Assembly: GCA_030608385.1 (NCBI GenBank)
Contig: JAUWEG010000001.1
Location: 23,479-87,478 of the forward strand
Origin: Candidatus Heimdallarchaeota archaeon
Lineage (GTDB): Archaea > Asgardarchaeota > Heimdallarchaeia > Heimdallarchaeales > Heimdallarchaeaceae
Direction: 5' to 3'
Length of the DNA stretch: 64,000 nt
How positions within the stretch are numbered: position 1 is the first letter of the stretch; every line of letters begins with the position of its first letter. Of the stretch, positions 1 through 10,634 are shown piece after piece. The position numbers and the translations under genes were made by a program. A model generated the notes under the pieces. The model was not told the origin of the DNA, did not search any database, and was given only the letters and a program-made list of their open reading frames with translations.

Positions 1-30
1 TTATCTTTTCTTGAGCAGAACAAGCATTAA

Positions 31-240
31 TTACTTTCCAGTAACTTCTGGAGGTTTATAATAGAATTTTGCAGCGTTTTTTAGTATCTTTATCAGTTTG
101 TAGGTATCGTCTATCTCTTTTACACTAGCTCGAGGTTTTTCTGTAAGCAAATTTTCTATTTTGAGAATAACTCTCCCTTTTTCTGGTTTTGCAGACAACT
201 TAGGAATAGATTCAATTGTTCGTTCTATTTTTTTAACCAT
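31..240 (-). CDS. small basic hypothetical protein (69 aa)
   Basis: Intact ORF from the six-frame track. No motif recognised. Confidence 0.3.
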   Translation of the reverse strand: MVKKIERTIESIPKLSAKPEKGRVILKIENLLTEKPRASVKEIDDTYKLIKILKNAAKFYYKPPEVTGK

Positions 241-374
241 TTAGAATCACAAGTACTTGTTTCTTAATCTTAAGAGCTTAACTATTTTCTTTTGACAGAA
301 TGTATTACTGGGATATTCATTATTTACTTGTGAAAGACAATTAACGTTTTATAGTAACTTTTCACTGTTTTCAT

Positions 375-794
375 ATGTCTCCATCAAAAGAATCAGATGC
401 TTCTGTCGCTGCAGGAGCTGACTTACTTCTAAAGGGTTGGAAAATGATCAATAAGGCATGCCCTGTTTGTGTAGAACCTCTTTATGAAAAAGATGGGAAA
501 GTCGTCTGTGTAAAATGTAAGAAAGAATATGTTCTGGTGGATTCAAAATCTGATATGCCCGTAACTAAAACATCAGGGGCTCAACAACAAGCAGCAAGTT
601 CTTCACCAAACAATTTCAGTTCATATGATTTCAGCTCTTTACCTCCTGCTCTAGCAGATACTGCTAAAATAATGCTGGAAAAAATAACCGACCTGAATGC
701 AAAATTAAAAGAATCATCGGATCCTAAAGAAATAGAAGAAATTTCTTCTTCAATTCGTTCTCTTATTGATTCTCTCCGTTCTCTGAGTTCCTAG
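375..794 (+). CDS. zinc-ribbon protein, UPF0148 / autoantigen-p27-like family
   Basis: CPVC-x13-CVKC zinc ribbon in the N-terminal half followed by a Ser-rich tail. The pattern resembles archaeal UPF0148 proteins. The 3' end overlaps the convergent Hef gene by about 30 nt. Confidence 0.5.
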   Translation: MSPSKESDASVAAGADLLLKGWKMINKACPVCVEPLYEKDGKVVCVKCKKEYVLVDSKSDMPVTKTSGAQQQAASSSPNNFSSYDFSSLPPALADTAKIMLEKITDLNAKLKESSDPKEIEEISSSIRSLIDSLRSLSS

Positions 795-3252
795 GTTTTT
801 TTCTTACCTTTTCTCTTTTTAAGAGCTCTAATTCATCCTTCATACCCTTTATCTCTTCTCCCGTCTCAATTTCGTTATAGTTTGTATAAATAAAATCAAC
901 TATGTCAGAAGCGATTTTCTCACCAACACCACGTACTTCAAAGAAATCCTCTAATTTCGCATTCATAATCTCTTTAACCGATCCAAAATGCTTCAGCATT
1001 CTACTAGCTATCTTGTGGTCAACATGTGGTAACGAAGCAATAGCTTCTTCTAACTGTGACTTAAGACCTATTCCCTTTCTCTTACCAATTGAAATACTTC
1101 TTTTTCTCTCTTCTTGTTCTCTTCTTGCTAAAGCAAATAGAATTTCTGCTGTCTCTTTTTGATTTTGAGTGTGAATAATTGGGATTCTAAAATCTGTAGC
1201 TAAAGAAGTTAAAGCTCCTGCAAGTGCATGTGGGTGAAGTGACGAACTGAATAAATTGAAGTCTCCTTCTAAAATCATCACTGGTTTTGAACAACTTTCT
1301 ACCAATACTTTTGTTTGCACAAATAACCGTTTATCTAAAATTGATTTGATAAAATCATCACCAGTTTTTCTCTCCACTACGATTCGATCTGAACAAATAT
1401 AGTCACCAATATCTAATCTTTCAAATCCTAGTTCTACATCTTTGTTCATCAATTCTTTAATAACGACTGAATTTCTTTCTCTACTATCACAAATTACTTT
1501 GATTTTTCCCTTTTCTTTAACGAATTTAACCTCTTTAGTTTCTTTTTCGAGGTTTTCTAGTTCTTCTAGATTTTCTTCTTGATGTTCTTGTGTCTTGGTT
1601 GAAACTTTTTCTGCTTCTTTGAGGAAATCCATAATGCCTTTTTGTTTTTCTTTCGTTGCTGTTTCTTTCTTTTTTAAGGGTTTTTCAAGCTTCTTCACGA
1701 GTTTTTTCATTTTTTGAGCTTGTCTCTTAGATGCCCACATGTATGCTTCATCTCTAGTTCCCTCAGCGATGAGCATAATTACTTTTCCTTTCTTTCTTCT
1801 CCCTGTTCGTCCCTTTCTCTGAATTAATCTGATAGCACTTGGGACAGCATCATAGAAAATTACTAACTCACACTCACCAATGTCTAACCCTTCTTCTGCA
1901 ACACTGGTTGAAATTAATGCGTTGTAAGTTCCATCTCGAAAAGATTGCATAATTTCAATTTGTTCTTTTTGGGAAAGGCCTTTGTCTCCTCTTGCGGAAG
2001 ATTGCCCTACAAACCAGTGGGAATTTATCCCATTTATTTTGTTTAATTCTTCACTAATTATTTTAGCAGCTACTCTGAAATGTGCAAAAATGAGTATTCT
2101 GTTGTTTGGATTGCTCGACAATTCCTCAGATACAATTTCTTTTAATCTTTCAATTTTCGGGTGAATAATTTTCTTCTCTTGAAGAGATTGAACAGATTCT
2201 ACAACTTGTTGCATTTCATCTGAGAACATTAGTTCTCTTAGTGCTCTACTTCCTTTTCCAAACTTAATCTCGCTAATTTGCTTTTCTAAATATTTACTTA
2301 ATGAGGGTATTCCTTGTGTTTCAATAAGTTCTATGGCATGAGATAATCGAATTGAATTACCTACTAAAGACATGGCTCTGAAGAATTCTGTTCTGTCTTC
2401 TTGGTCTGAATTGCTATAGATTTCATTTACCCTTGCTCTTAACTGTAATAATTCCCTCCTGGGATTATTTTTTGGGGAGACTGATCTAATAATCTTAAGT
2501 TCTTTTAATTCCTCTAGGATAACCTTGAAGAGATTATTTAGTGTATCAATAATTGTTTTAAAATCGTCTGATAAAGGAATAATTTCCCAGTTTTCATCAA
2601 TTTCATGTATATATTGCCTAACATCATCTGAACTTTCATCACGCATTTCGATGTTAGTGATTCCAAGGTTTGATTTAACTTCATTAATTCTTTCAATTTT
2701 TGAACCAGGACTAGCGGTTATACCAAGCAATAAAGGATTGGTAGCTCTTTTACGATATTGCTCCGCGATGAAAACATAACTATGGTCCCCGACAGCTTTA
2801 TGTGCTTCATCTAAGCACAGAAAAATAATTTCTTCCAATTTGACTCTTCTTTGAATTATGTCATTCTGTATGGTTTGAGGTGTAGTAATGAACACTTGGC
2901 CATTATCCCAAATCTCCTTACGTTTTTTAGGATCAATTTGCCCAGAAACTTGAACAATTTTGTCTTGATCAATATTAAGCGAGTTACGAGTTGTACGTTC
3001 ATGTTGATCAAGTAATGGTTTTGTTGGGGCACAGAAAACAATTTTACCTTCAGGAAATTTTTCTAACCTTTGTGCTGTAATCATAAGATAAAGAACTGTT
3101 TTACCTAAACCTGTTGGTAGAATAACAAGGGAATTTTCCTTTATACAAGACGCAAAAAGAGTTTGTTGATAGAGTCTTGCTTCAATTGTATTTGGTTTAA
3201 TCAAAGGATGATTTAGGTATTCAGTTTGGTTCATTTTAGACCACAATAGCAA
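763..3252 (-). CDS. hef: Hef: helicase-associated endonuclease for fork-structured DNA (SF2 helicase + ERCC4 nuclease + HhH2)
   Basis: Walker A LPTGLGKT and DEAH box LCLDEAHKAVG in the N-terminal half. ERCC4 nuclease signature VVERKTGDDF in the C-terminal third, followed by a tandem helix-hairpin-helix. Length of 829 aa is typical of archaeal Hef / FANCM-XPF fusions. Confidence 0.85.
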   Translation of the reverse strand: MLLWSKMNQTEYLNHPLIKPNTIEARLYQQTLFASCIKENSLVILPTGLGKTVLYLMITAQRLEKFPEGKIVFCAPTKPLLDQHERTTRNSLNIDQDKIVQVSGQIDPKKRKEIWDNGQVFITTPQTIQNDIIQRRVKLEEIIFLCLDEAHKAVGDHSYVFIAEQYRKRATNPLLLGITASPGSKIERINEVKSNLGITNIEMRDESSDDVRQYIHEIDENWEIIPLSDDFKTIIDTLNNLFKVILEELKELKIIRSVSPKNNPRRELLQLRARVNEIYSNSDQEDRTEFFRAMSLVGNSIRLSHAIELIETQGIPSLSKYLEKQISEIKFGKGSRALRELMFSDEMQQVVESVQSLQEKKIIHPKIERLKEIVSEELSSNPNNRILIFAHFRVAAKIISEELNKINGINSHWFVGQSSARGDKGLSQKEQIEIMQSFRDGTYNALISTSVAEEGLDIGECELVIFYDAVPSAIRLIQRKGRTGRRKKGKVIMLIAEGTRDEAYMWASKRQAQKMKKLVKKLEKPLKKKETATKEKQKGIMDFLKEAEKVSTKTQEHQEENLEELENLEKETKEVKFVKEKGKIKVICDSRERNSVVIKELMNKDVELGFERLDIGDYICSDRIVVERKTGDDFIKSILDKRLFVQTKVLVESCSKPVMILEGDFNLFSSSLHPHALAGALTSLATDFRIPIIHTQNQKETAEILFALARREQEERKRSISIGKRKGIGLKSQLEEAIASLPHVDHKIASRMLKHFGSVKEIMNAKLEDFFEVRGVGEKIASDIVDFIYTNYNEIETGEEIKGMKDELELLKREKVRKKPRNSENGENQ

Positions 3253-3376
3253 TTTGCATATGATGTTTTATATTTGAATATATAAATAATAATCTTTTCT
3301 TATCCATTGCTCAAGTTAATGTATCTTTGATACAAAAGTCTTATATGAAGAAGTAATTAAAAGAAGGATATCCATT

Positions 3377-4876
3377 ATGAGCTCCAACAACAATGATTCT
3401 GGAATGCCTTCAGGAACACAATTGAAAATCTTTACTCTGGTGAGCGCTGTTGGTGTAGGGGTTTTCATGTCCTCCTTGGATGCATCCATAGTGGTAGTAA
3501 TTCTAGAACAAATTCAAGCAGATTTCGGAGTTACTCCACCTATAGTACAATGGGTAATACTTTCCTATCTCCTAACCATGATGGCCTTTACTGTAATTGC
3601 AGGAAATTTAGGAGATAGATATAGCAATAAAAGAATTTTCCAATATGGGATGATTCTTTTTGCAATAGGGTCCCTTTTCTGTTATTTGTCCATGGAGTTT
3701 CTTGTCAGATCAATATGGTATTTAGTCTTTAGTAGAGTAATACAAGCAGTTGGAGCCACTGGAATGATGGCAAATGGAATGGCATTAGTAACAAGATTCA
3801 CAACAAAGAAGAATAGAGGAACAGCAGTAGGCATAAACAATGTAGTTATTTCTATAGCTGTAATCTTAGGACCTGTTTTTGGAACTGTTATAGGTCAGTT
3901 TTGGAATCTTGGTGGTGTGTTTTTAATTAATCTTCCAATTGCAGCTATCGGCTTGGCTTTAGTACATTTTAATATTCCAAAAACTCCACCACTAACAGAA
4001 AAGAGAAGAGCAGATTATCTTGGGTCTTTTCTAATTGCGGCATTTCTAACGATTTTAGTTTTAAGCTTCAGTGTCTTTCCTGAAACTGAAACCATTCCAA
4101 ATGCAAGAATGTGGGCGGGGATAGCTCTAGGTTTTAGTCTTCTTGTTCTTCCAGTTTTCATATGGTGGGAAAGAAAAACATCTGAGCCCCTGATTGATTT
4201 CAAGATGTTAAAAAACAGGAAAATCTCAATAGGTTTAGTTACGGCCATATTAAAGCATCAAGGGTACATAGTTATTATCTATCAATTTAGCTTGTTTTTA
4301 CCAAGATTTGGTATAACGCATACTCCAATAGAACTTGGTTTGGTACTTGCAGGAGTAGCTGTTGGCATGGCAATTTTTGCAGCTATTTCAGGAAAATTAT
4401 CGAACACAGTTGATGCAAGATATTTATGCACTGGAGCAATGTTGGGTGTTGCTATAATGCTTGCAGTTCTTTCGGCATTAATTGATGTTAATGCTCATCT
4501 GTCAATTTATATTGTCTCAGCAATTGTGATAGGTATTTGTATAGGCATGTTCCAATCTCCCAATGGCAATAGCATTATGAGTGCTGCACCAAAGGAAAAA
4601 CTTGGGATTGCAAGCGCTTTGCACGGATTAACAACTAGTGTAGGGATAAGTTTGGGAACAGCTCTTTCTACAGCTATTCTTGCCCTTGTAGCAGGTCTTG
4701 CTTCAACTAAAAATGGCCTACCTATTTATGGAGAAGTAAATTATGCTATTGGACTCAAATGGGTATTTGGAGTATATGCGGTTATAACCTTTTTGGGAGC
4801 AATTTTATCATATTTCAGAGGACCAGAAGATAGAAGCGATGATGAACACATAGAAAAAGTGATGAAAACACATTAA
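3377..4876 (+). CDS. MFS transporter (DHA2-like drug:H+ antiporter family, about 14 TM)
   Basis: 499 aa and hydrophobic throughout, with multiple predicted TM helices. MFS motif-like GNLGDRYSNKR sits between TM2 and TM3. Confidence 0.8.
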   Translation: MSSNNNDSGMPSGTQLKIFTLVSAVGVGVFMSSLDASIVVVILEQIQADFGVTPPIVQWVILSYLLTMMAFTVIAGNLGDRYSNKRIFQYGMILFAIGSLFCYLSMEFLVRSIWYLVFSRVIQAVGATGMMANGMALVTRFTTKKNRGTAVGINNVVISIAVILGPVFGTVIGQFWNLGGVFLINLPIAAIGLALVHFNIPKTPPLTEKRRADYLGSFLIAAFLTILVLSFSVFPETETIPNARMWAGIALGFSLLVLPVFIWWERKTSEPLIDFKMLKNRKISIGLVTAILKHQGYIVIIYQFSLFLPRFGITHTPIELGLVLAGVAVGMAIFAAISGKLSNTVDARYLCTGAMLGVAIMLAVLSALIDVNAHLSIYIVSAIVIGICIGMFQSPNGNSIMSAAPKEKLGIASALHGLTTSVGISLGTALSTAILALVAGLASTKNGLPIYGEVNYAIGLKWVFGVYAVITFLGAILSYFRGPEDRSDDEHIEKVMKTH

Positions 4877-5019
4877 TTTTTCATTCTTTCTTTCTAGTTA
4901 AAAAAAGTTGGCGAAGTTTTTAAAATAGCTTTTATCTTCATACAAACATAGAGGCTTTATATTAATTGGGTGTGTAATCACTCTATTTTTAAAGCAACAA
5001 AAAACAGCAATATTAAAGG

Positions 5020-7497
5020 TTGATGACTGTGAGTGAATTCGTTCCTAGACTAACAGAAAAAACATATGACCCCCAAATAAAGGATATAGAACTATTCAAT
5101 ATTTGGCAAAAGGAAAAACTGTTTGCATTTAACAAAAACTCAGGAAAACCAATCTACTGTATAGATACTCCCCCTCCTTATGCAAATGCTCCTTGGCACA
5201 TGGGCGGTGCCATACATTATAGCGGTATTGATATGATCGCTCGATATAAACGTATGTCTGGAAATGAAATTTTGTTTCCAATGTGTTTAGATCGCAATGG
5301 CTTACCAATTGAAGTTCAAGCTGAAAAAGTATTTCGAATATCTATGCATGATATTCCAAGAGAAGAATTTATTAAGATGTGCAAGAGGATTTTAGACCGC
5401 GTAGGAGATCAAATACTCCATGTGTGCAGAATTTTAGGATTCAGTAATAATTCCTTTGAATGGGACGAAATTTACAAAACTGACGAAGAGCAGTATAGGG
5501 CATTAACTCAAGCAACTTTTATTAAATTGTTCAATGAAAACCAAATTTACGAAGATGATCGGCCCAATAATTATTGTACTCGATGTAAAACAACCATCGC
5601 AGATAATGAAATTGATTATAAGTCAGGGTCACATCTACTTTATGATATCAAGTTCAAAATAAAGGAGACTGGTGAAGAGTTAATTATCTCAACATCTAGA
5701 CCAGAGTTGATACCTGCTATAGGTGTAGTAATCTTCAATCCAAAAGATGAGAGATATTTGCATTTAGAAGGGAAAACAGCAATATCTCCTATGTTTGGAG
5801 ATGAAATACCAATAAAACCTCATCATTATGCGAAAGCAGAATTTGGAACTGGAATAATGATGGTGTGTGCTTATGGGGATTCAGGAGATGTTCAGATATT
5901 CAGAGAACTAAAATTGAACCCTAGAACTGTAATAGATACAGATGGTAAGATTACAGAACAAGTACCCGCATATGCTGGTTTAACAGTGAAAGAAGCAAAG
6001 AATCAAATTGCTATTGATCTTGAAGACCAAGGTTTTATCATTGAAAGAGTGGATGTACCTCATAATTTTCCAACATGTTCAAGATGTAACAATGAAATAG
6101 AATTCTTAGCAATGCCTGAATATTATCTTAAACAAGTAGAATATGTCCCAAAATTGCTTGAGTATGCGCAAGAGATGGAATTTTTCCCACCTTTCATGAG
6201 ACAAGTATGGGTGGATTGGTTAAACACTGTGTCTATTGATTGGCCAATAAGTAGAAGACGTTATTATGGAACAGAAGTACCTATATGGTACTGTAAGAAG
6301 TGTAATCACCCTACTGTTCCTGAACCCGGTCCATATTATCAACCTTGGAAGGATGAACCTCCATTCGATAAATGTGAAAAATGCAATAGCTCTGAAGGTT
6401 TTGAAGGTGACTTACGTACATTTGATACCTGGATGGACTCTTCAATAAGTGAAATATACATAACTTCACACCCACATAACAAAAAGGATGAAAAACTATT
6501 TGAGGAATTGAACAGTAGGCCGTTCATTTGTGATATAAGACCTCAGGGAAAGGATATAGTGCGAACATGGCTACACTATACGATGTTAAGGGGACTCCAG
6601 CTTCATAAAAAACCCGCTTTCAATCATGCATGGATTTCAGGACATGTGGTAAATAGTAAAGGTGAAAAAATGTCAAAAAGTAGAGGTACTGCAGTAAACC
6701 CCGAAAAAATGATTGAAAAATACGGCGGTGATGCAGCAAGATTCTATGGTGCTGCTGAAGCAAGTCATGGCTCTGATATCAGATTCAATCAGCAGAGATT
6801 ACAAGGTATTTCCAAATTCATAAACAAATTTTACAATATTGCCAAATTTGTTAGTAGATTTCCTATAGTCGAGGAGGAATCAGAAATTTCTTTGCAACCA
6901 GCTGATGAATGGATACTATCTGAATTAGCAAATACTATAGATGAATCTCAAAAAGGCTATGAGATATATGATTTTCAAATACCAGCTAAAACTCTTCGAA
7001 ATTTTGCTTGGGAAATATTCGCTTCACATTATGTGGAACTTGTAAAAGGAAGAGCTTACAACAGAAATAACTCATATAACAGCAAAGAACAAAAAGCTGC
7101 TTGGTTCACACTTCATAAAATTATAAAAGAATTAACTAAAGCTTTAGCCCCAATCATTCCATTTGTGACAGATTTAATCTACAGAGGGATTTATGATTCA
7201 AGTGTTCACATACAAGTGTTTCCAAAACCTGAAGAAATTATTAAAAAATCCGTACTCACAAATATAACATCATTACTATTAGAAATAAATTCTGCAATTT
7301 GGAAGTTTAAGAAAGATAAGAAACTGCCTTTGAACACTCCTATAAAACAAGCATACTTACCCAAAGAACTATCTCCTTTGATGGGTGATCTTCAATCGAT
7401 GCACGGAATTGAAAGTATGGTAGAAAATATAGATAGTATAAAGGAAGGAGAAACAATAAGTCTCTCAGAAGAAACCACCATAAACCTGAAATTATAG
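5020..7497 (+). CDS. valS: class I aminoacyl-tRNA synthetase, most likely valyl-tRNA synthetase
   Basis: The PPPYANAPWHMGG region matches the HIGH motif of the Val/Ile/Leu subclass but is degenerate. KMSKS motif is present (GEKMSKSRG). FDTWMDSS and GKDIVRTW blocks are present. The 825 aa length fits archaeal ValRS better than LeuRS or IleRS. Confidence 0.55.
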   Translation: MMTVSEFVPRLTEKTYDPQIKDIELFNIWQKEKLFAFNKNSGKPIYCIDTPPPYANAPWHMGGAIHYSGIDMIARYKRMSGNEILFPMCLDRNGLPIEVQAEKVFRISMHDIPREEFIKMCKRILDRVGDQILHVCRILGFSNNSFEWDEIYKTDEEQYRALTQATFIKLFNENQIYEDDRPNNYCTRCKTTIADNEIDYKSGSHLLYDIKFKIKETGEELIISTSRPELIPAIGVVIFNPKDERYLHLEGKTAISPMFGDEIPIKPHHYAKAEFGTGIMMVCAYGDSGDVQIFRELKLNPRTVIDTDGKITEQVPAYAGLTVKEAKNQIAIDLEDQGFIIERVDVPHNFPTCSRCNNEIEFLAMPEYYLKQVEYVPKLLEYAQEMEFFPPFMRQVWVDWLNTVSIDWPISRRRYYGTEVPIWYCKKCNHPTVPEPGPYYQPWKDEPPFDKCEKCNSSEGFEGDLRTFDTWMDSSISEIYITSHPHNKKDEKLFEELNSRPFICDIRPQGKDIVRTWLHYTMLRGLQLHKKPAFNHAWISGHVVNSKGEKMSKSRGTAVNPEKMIEKYGGDAARFYGAAEASHGSDIRFNQQRLQGISKFINKFYNIAKFVSRFPIVEEESEISLQPADEWILSELANTIDESQKGYEIYDFQIPAKTLRNFAWEIFASHYVELVKGRAYNRNNSYNSKEQKAAWFTLHKIIKELTKALAPIIPFVTDLIYRGIYDSSVHIQVFPKPEEIIKKSVLTNITSLLLEINSAIWKFKKDKKLPLNTPIKQAYLPKELSPLMGDLQSMHGIESMVENIDSIKEGETISLSEETTINLKL

Positions 7498-7523
7498 GTT
7501 ATTATGAACTGATAAGCAGGAAT

Positions 7524-7829
7524 TTACCAGCTGGGAATTTTTTTCTTTACTCTTGTTTCTGGAGTTCCTTTAATCATGTATCCCTCAACTAAGATTATCG
7601 TTCCATCTGTAATTTTAATTTGAAAAACTTGATTTGACTTTGGAATCCATAAGATCTTTTTTTCAGTTGAAACTCTTAAAAGATTGGCAGTTTCCTCTTC
7701 AATTATACCTTTTACACCAATTAAATCTTTAGAGGAACTATGTTTTACTTCTATTTCAAAACCCACTAGTGACGAAGAAAGATCTCGCCAAACTCTAGAT
7801 TTTCGTTTATTACGATTTTCTTTTGACAT
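7524..7829 (-). CDS. rnp1: RNase P protein component 1 (Rpp29/Pop4 family)
   Basis: 101 aa with the LIGVKGIIEEETANLL ... WIPK pattern of archaeal Rpp29. It sits directly after rpl29, the conserved position in archaeal r-protein clusters. Confidence 0.7.
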   Translation of the reverse strand: MSKENRNKRKSRVWRDLSSSLVGFEIEVKHSSSKDLIGVKGIIEEETANLLRVSTEKKILWIPKSNQVFQIKITDGTIILVEGYMIKGTPETRVKKKIPSW

Positions 7830-8032
7830 TAAATCTCATCTAGTTCAGTCATAATAGTCATAATTCTTGCAATTGCTTTCTTATACTCTTGAATTTGACC
7901 TGGATTTTCGATTGAACCACCAGATGATAATTCGGATTGAATTGTAAACAGCTTCTTCTTAAATTCGTCCAGTTTCTTGAGTCTTTGATTTTTGTTCAAC
8001 TTTCTAATTTCACTTGATCTTATTAGCACCAT
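7829..8032 (-). CDS. rpl29: ribosomal protein uL29
   Basis: 67 aa helical protein with L29 consensus features, located between rps3 and rnp1 with start/stop overlaps. Confidence 0.8.
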   Translation of the reverse strand: MVLIRSSEIRKLNKNQRLKKLDEFKKKLFTIQSELSSGGSIENPGQIQEYKKAIARIMTIMTELDEI

Positions 8033-8046
8033 ATCATTTTACTCCT

Positions 8047-9000
8047 TCATTTCTTCTTGGACTTTTCTTTTGGTTTTTCTTCTTCCTTACCTTCTTTCTT
8101 TGATTTGGAAGCCTTAACCTCTTTCTTTGGTTTTTCTTCTTCTTTATCTTCTTTCTTTGATTTGGAAGCCTTAACCTCTTTCTTTGATTTTGAAACTTTA
8201 TCAACTTCTTCCAGTTCTTCAAACTCGTCTTTAGGTTTCTTCTTTTTCTTCTTACTCTCTTCTTCTGTTATTTTTTCGAGTTCTTCATCGATATCTGGAA
8301 ACTCTTCTAGTTCTTCAATAACTTCTTCACTAACTTCTTCGATGATTTCAGGTTCTTCTTCTATGCCAGTATCCACTATCATGGATGTTGAAGTTGGTTC
8401 AGCTTCAATAGAAATGTCATCGGGTAAAATTGCATCTCCCCTCATGATTCGAACTTGAATACCTATTAATCCTCGTCGTATAAGGGCTGTTGCTTTTCCT
8501 ATATCGACATATCGCTCTGCAGGATCCCCTGCCTTTGCAACAAAGCCAGCTCTGAATGTTTCAACTCTTGCTCTTTGACTAGTAATCTTTCCACTAATCT
8601 TTATTTCAACACCTTTGGCTCCAATTGACATTATACGTCTAATTATACCATGAGCACTTCTACGAAAATGACGTCCCCTCTCTAGAGAAGATGCTAAACG
8701 AAATGCCATAATACGGGCATCAAGTTCTGGATTTTCTACCTCTGTTACCTCAATTTGTGGATTATCTAAATCATATTGCTCACGTAATGCTTCAGTAATC
8801 CTGTGGATGTTTCTTCCTCTTCCCCCAATCGCTAATCCTACTCTCCCCACTCTAAGAAGAACACGATCTCCTAAAGGTGTTCTTCTAAGTTCAACCCCCC
8901 CATATTCAGCATTTTTTAATTCTTCAGCTAAAAATTCATCAATTGCATTTCTTTGGTATTTTTTTAATAGATAGTCTTTTGTTGTAGGCATAATTATCAC
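8047..9000 (-). CDS. rps3: ribosomal protein uS3 with a roughly 90 aa Lys/Glu-rich C-terminal extension
   Basis: KH domain plus the uS3 C-terminal domain (GIQVRIM..., GRGRNIHRITEAL). The tail contains two copies of a roughly 20 aa unit, SKSKKExKEEEKPKKEVKA. Confidence 0.85.
   Translation of the reverse strand: MIIMPTTKDYLLKKYQRNAIDEFLAEELKNAEYGGVELRRTPLGDRVLLRVGRVGLAIGGRGRNIHRITEALREQYDLDNPQIEVTEVENPELDARIMAFRLASSLERGRHFRRSAHGIIRRIMSIGAKGVEIKISGKITSQRARVETFRAGFVAKAGDPAERYVDIGKATALIRRGLIGIQVRIMRGDAILPDDISIEAEPTSTSMIVDTGIEEEPEIIEEVSEEVIEELEEFPDIDEELEKITEEESKKKKKKPKDEFEELEEVDKVSKSKKEVKASKSKKEDKEEEKPKKEVKASKSKKEGKEEEKPKEKSKKK
8071..8186. repeat. two tandem copies of a 58-nt unit inside the rps3 3' coding region
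   Basis: The unit tggtttttcttcttc(c/t)tta(c/t)cttctttctttgatttggaagccttaacctctttcttt occurs twice in tandem. It encodes the duplicated Lys-rich peptide of the uS3 tail. Confidence 0.8.
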
Positions 9001-9461
9001 ATCTCAGCTACTTCTGCTACTAATTCTACATGGATAAATTGTCTCATTTTAGGTGAAGAACTTCCATGAGCTCGGTAAAACATACCTTGTTGTCTAGTTC
9101 CTTGTAGAGTTACAGCATGAGTAATCCTACATTTATCTAACTGTAATTGATTATTTTCTGCATTGTTTTCTAGATTTCTTACAACTCTAAGAATCTCTGT
9201 TGCAGCTTTTACAGGATATCTGCCACTTGACCAACCAACTACGCTACTTTTGTGTCCTACATTCTTTTTGAATCGTCTGTATGGAACTGCAAGTTTTTTA
9301 TCAATTACCGCCTCAAGAAACTCAATAGATTGATGAATTGTCATACCCTTAATTGTGTTACAAACTTCGCGAGCTGCCTTTCTACTAACATCTATGCCTC
9401 TAGCAGAGGCTTTGGCTGATCTATCAGGATCTGTTTGAACTGAATATTTATATTTTGGCAA
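8997..9461 (-). CDS. rpl22: ribosomal protein uL22
   Basis: VPYRRFKKNVGHK, GRYPVKAA and NAENN motifs typical of archaeal L22. There is a 4-nt overlap with rps3. Confidence 0.85.
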   Translation of the reverse strand: MPKYKYSVQTDPDRSAKASARGIDVSRKAAREVCNTIKGMTIHQSIEFLEAVIDKKLAVPYRRFKKNVGHKSSVVGWSSGRYPVKAATEILRVVRNLENNAENNQLQLDKCRITHAVTLQGTRQQGMFYRAHGSSSPKMRQFIHVELVAEVAEM

Positions 9462-9875
9462 TCTTGTATCTCCTGTATATTCTTGTTACTATTGACTACA
9501 TTAGCGAGTAAGAGTACAATTTTTAAGGTTTATTAACGGATACAAATTGTATTAACTATTACCCAGCAAGTAAAATCGACTATTTATTATTTAAAATGGT
9601 TTTCTTTAATGAGCAAATAAAAGAAAGGACAATTTACTTATATTCTGAAAGGTTTTTCAGCATTTAATTTCGATTTTTGAAATACTTAACAATAACAACT
9701 ATTAAAAAGATAAATGATGGAGAAAATCTGTCGATATAGTTTCAAATTAGATAAAAACTAAAAACAGGTATGCGACGTCTTACTCCAAAAGAAATTTTGG
9801 AGCCGAAATTGTTTTCCTGTGTTTTTAACACAGAAAAATATGGGTATAAGACGCTTTACCGAGGTGACAAAAAAA

Positions 9876-10208
9876 ATGAGTGAAGTAAAGAATATAGGTG
9901 TTCCCGGAGTGGAACCACCTACCACAGAATGTGAAGACCCACGCTGTCCTTTTCATGGTAGACTTCCAGTTAGAGGGAGGATTTTCACAGGAAAAGTGGT
10001 TTCTGACAAAATGAAACGAACTGTCGTTATTAGGAGAGATTATCTTCAGTATGTGAAAAAGTACAGAAGGTATGAACGTGCTCATGGAAAGATTTCTGCC
10101 CATAACCCTCCTTGTTTAAATGTTAAAGAAGGCGATATGGTTTTAGCAGCAGAATGCCGACCACTCGCAAAAACTGTGAGTTTTGTAGTTATACAAAAAC
10201 TAAACTAA
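9876..10208 (+). CDS. rps17: ribosomal protein uS17
   Basis: CPFHG zinc motif and an OB-fold pattern (GKVVSDKMKRTVVIRRDY). I place the start at the ATG preceded by GAGGTGA, which is later than the track's start. Confidence 0.85.
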   Translation: MSEVKNIGVPGVEPPTTECEDPRCPFHGRLPVRGRIFTGKVVSDKMKRTVVIRRDYLQYVKKYRRYERAHGKISAHNPPCLNVKEGDMVLAAECRPLAKTVSFVVIQKLN

Positions 10209-10217
10209 GGTGATAAA

Positions 10218-10634
10218 ATGGCAAAAAGAAAAACAGTCGGAAGGACTCAAGTTCATATCACTAAAGGATTGATGGTTGGTTCTAGAATACGATGCGCAGA
10301 TAATTCTGGTGCAAGAATTGTGCAAATTATTGCAGTAAAAAATTATAGAGGAAGATTAAACAGGATTCCCAAAGCTTCTGTTGCAAATATGGTTATTGTA
10401 TCAGTGAAGCAAGGAACCCCTCAAAGAAGAAAACAAATCTTCCCTGCAGTGATTGTAAGACAACGTTCCCCTTATCGTAGAAGATCAGGAGATTGGATAC
10501 AATTTGAGGAAAATGCTGTGGTTCTTACAAATGAAGTAGGAGACCCACTTGGAAGTGAGATTAGAGGGCCAGTTGCTAAAGAAGCAGCGGAAAAATGGCC
10601 AAGAATAGCTCATCAAGCTTCCATAATCGTATAG
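10218..10634 (+). CDS. rpl14: ribosomal protein uL14
   Basis: CADNSGAR signature. A GGTGAT Shine-Dalgarno-like element lies 5 nt upstream. Confidence 0.9.
   Translation: MAKRKTVGRTQVHITKGLMVGSRIRCADNSGARIVQIIAVKNYRGRLNRIPKASVANMVIVSVKQGTPQRRKQIFPAVIVRQRSPYRRRSGDWIQFEENAVVLTNEVGDPLGSEIRGPVAKEAAEKWPRIAHQASIIV

Noticed and set aside
8034-8458. 62 aa and 133 aa ORFs overlapping rps3
   Set aside because: Shadow ORFs generated by the Lys-rich tandem repeat of the uS3 tail.
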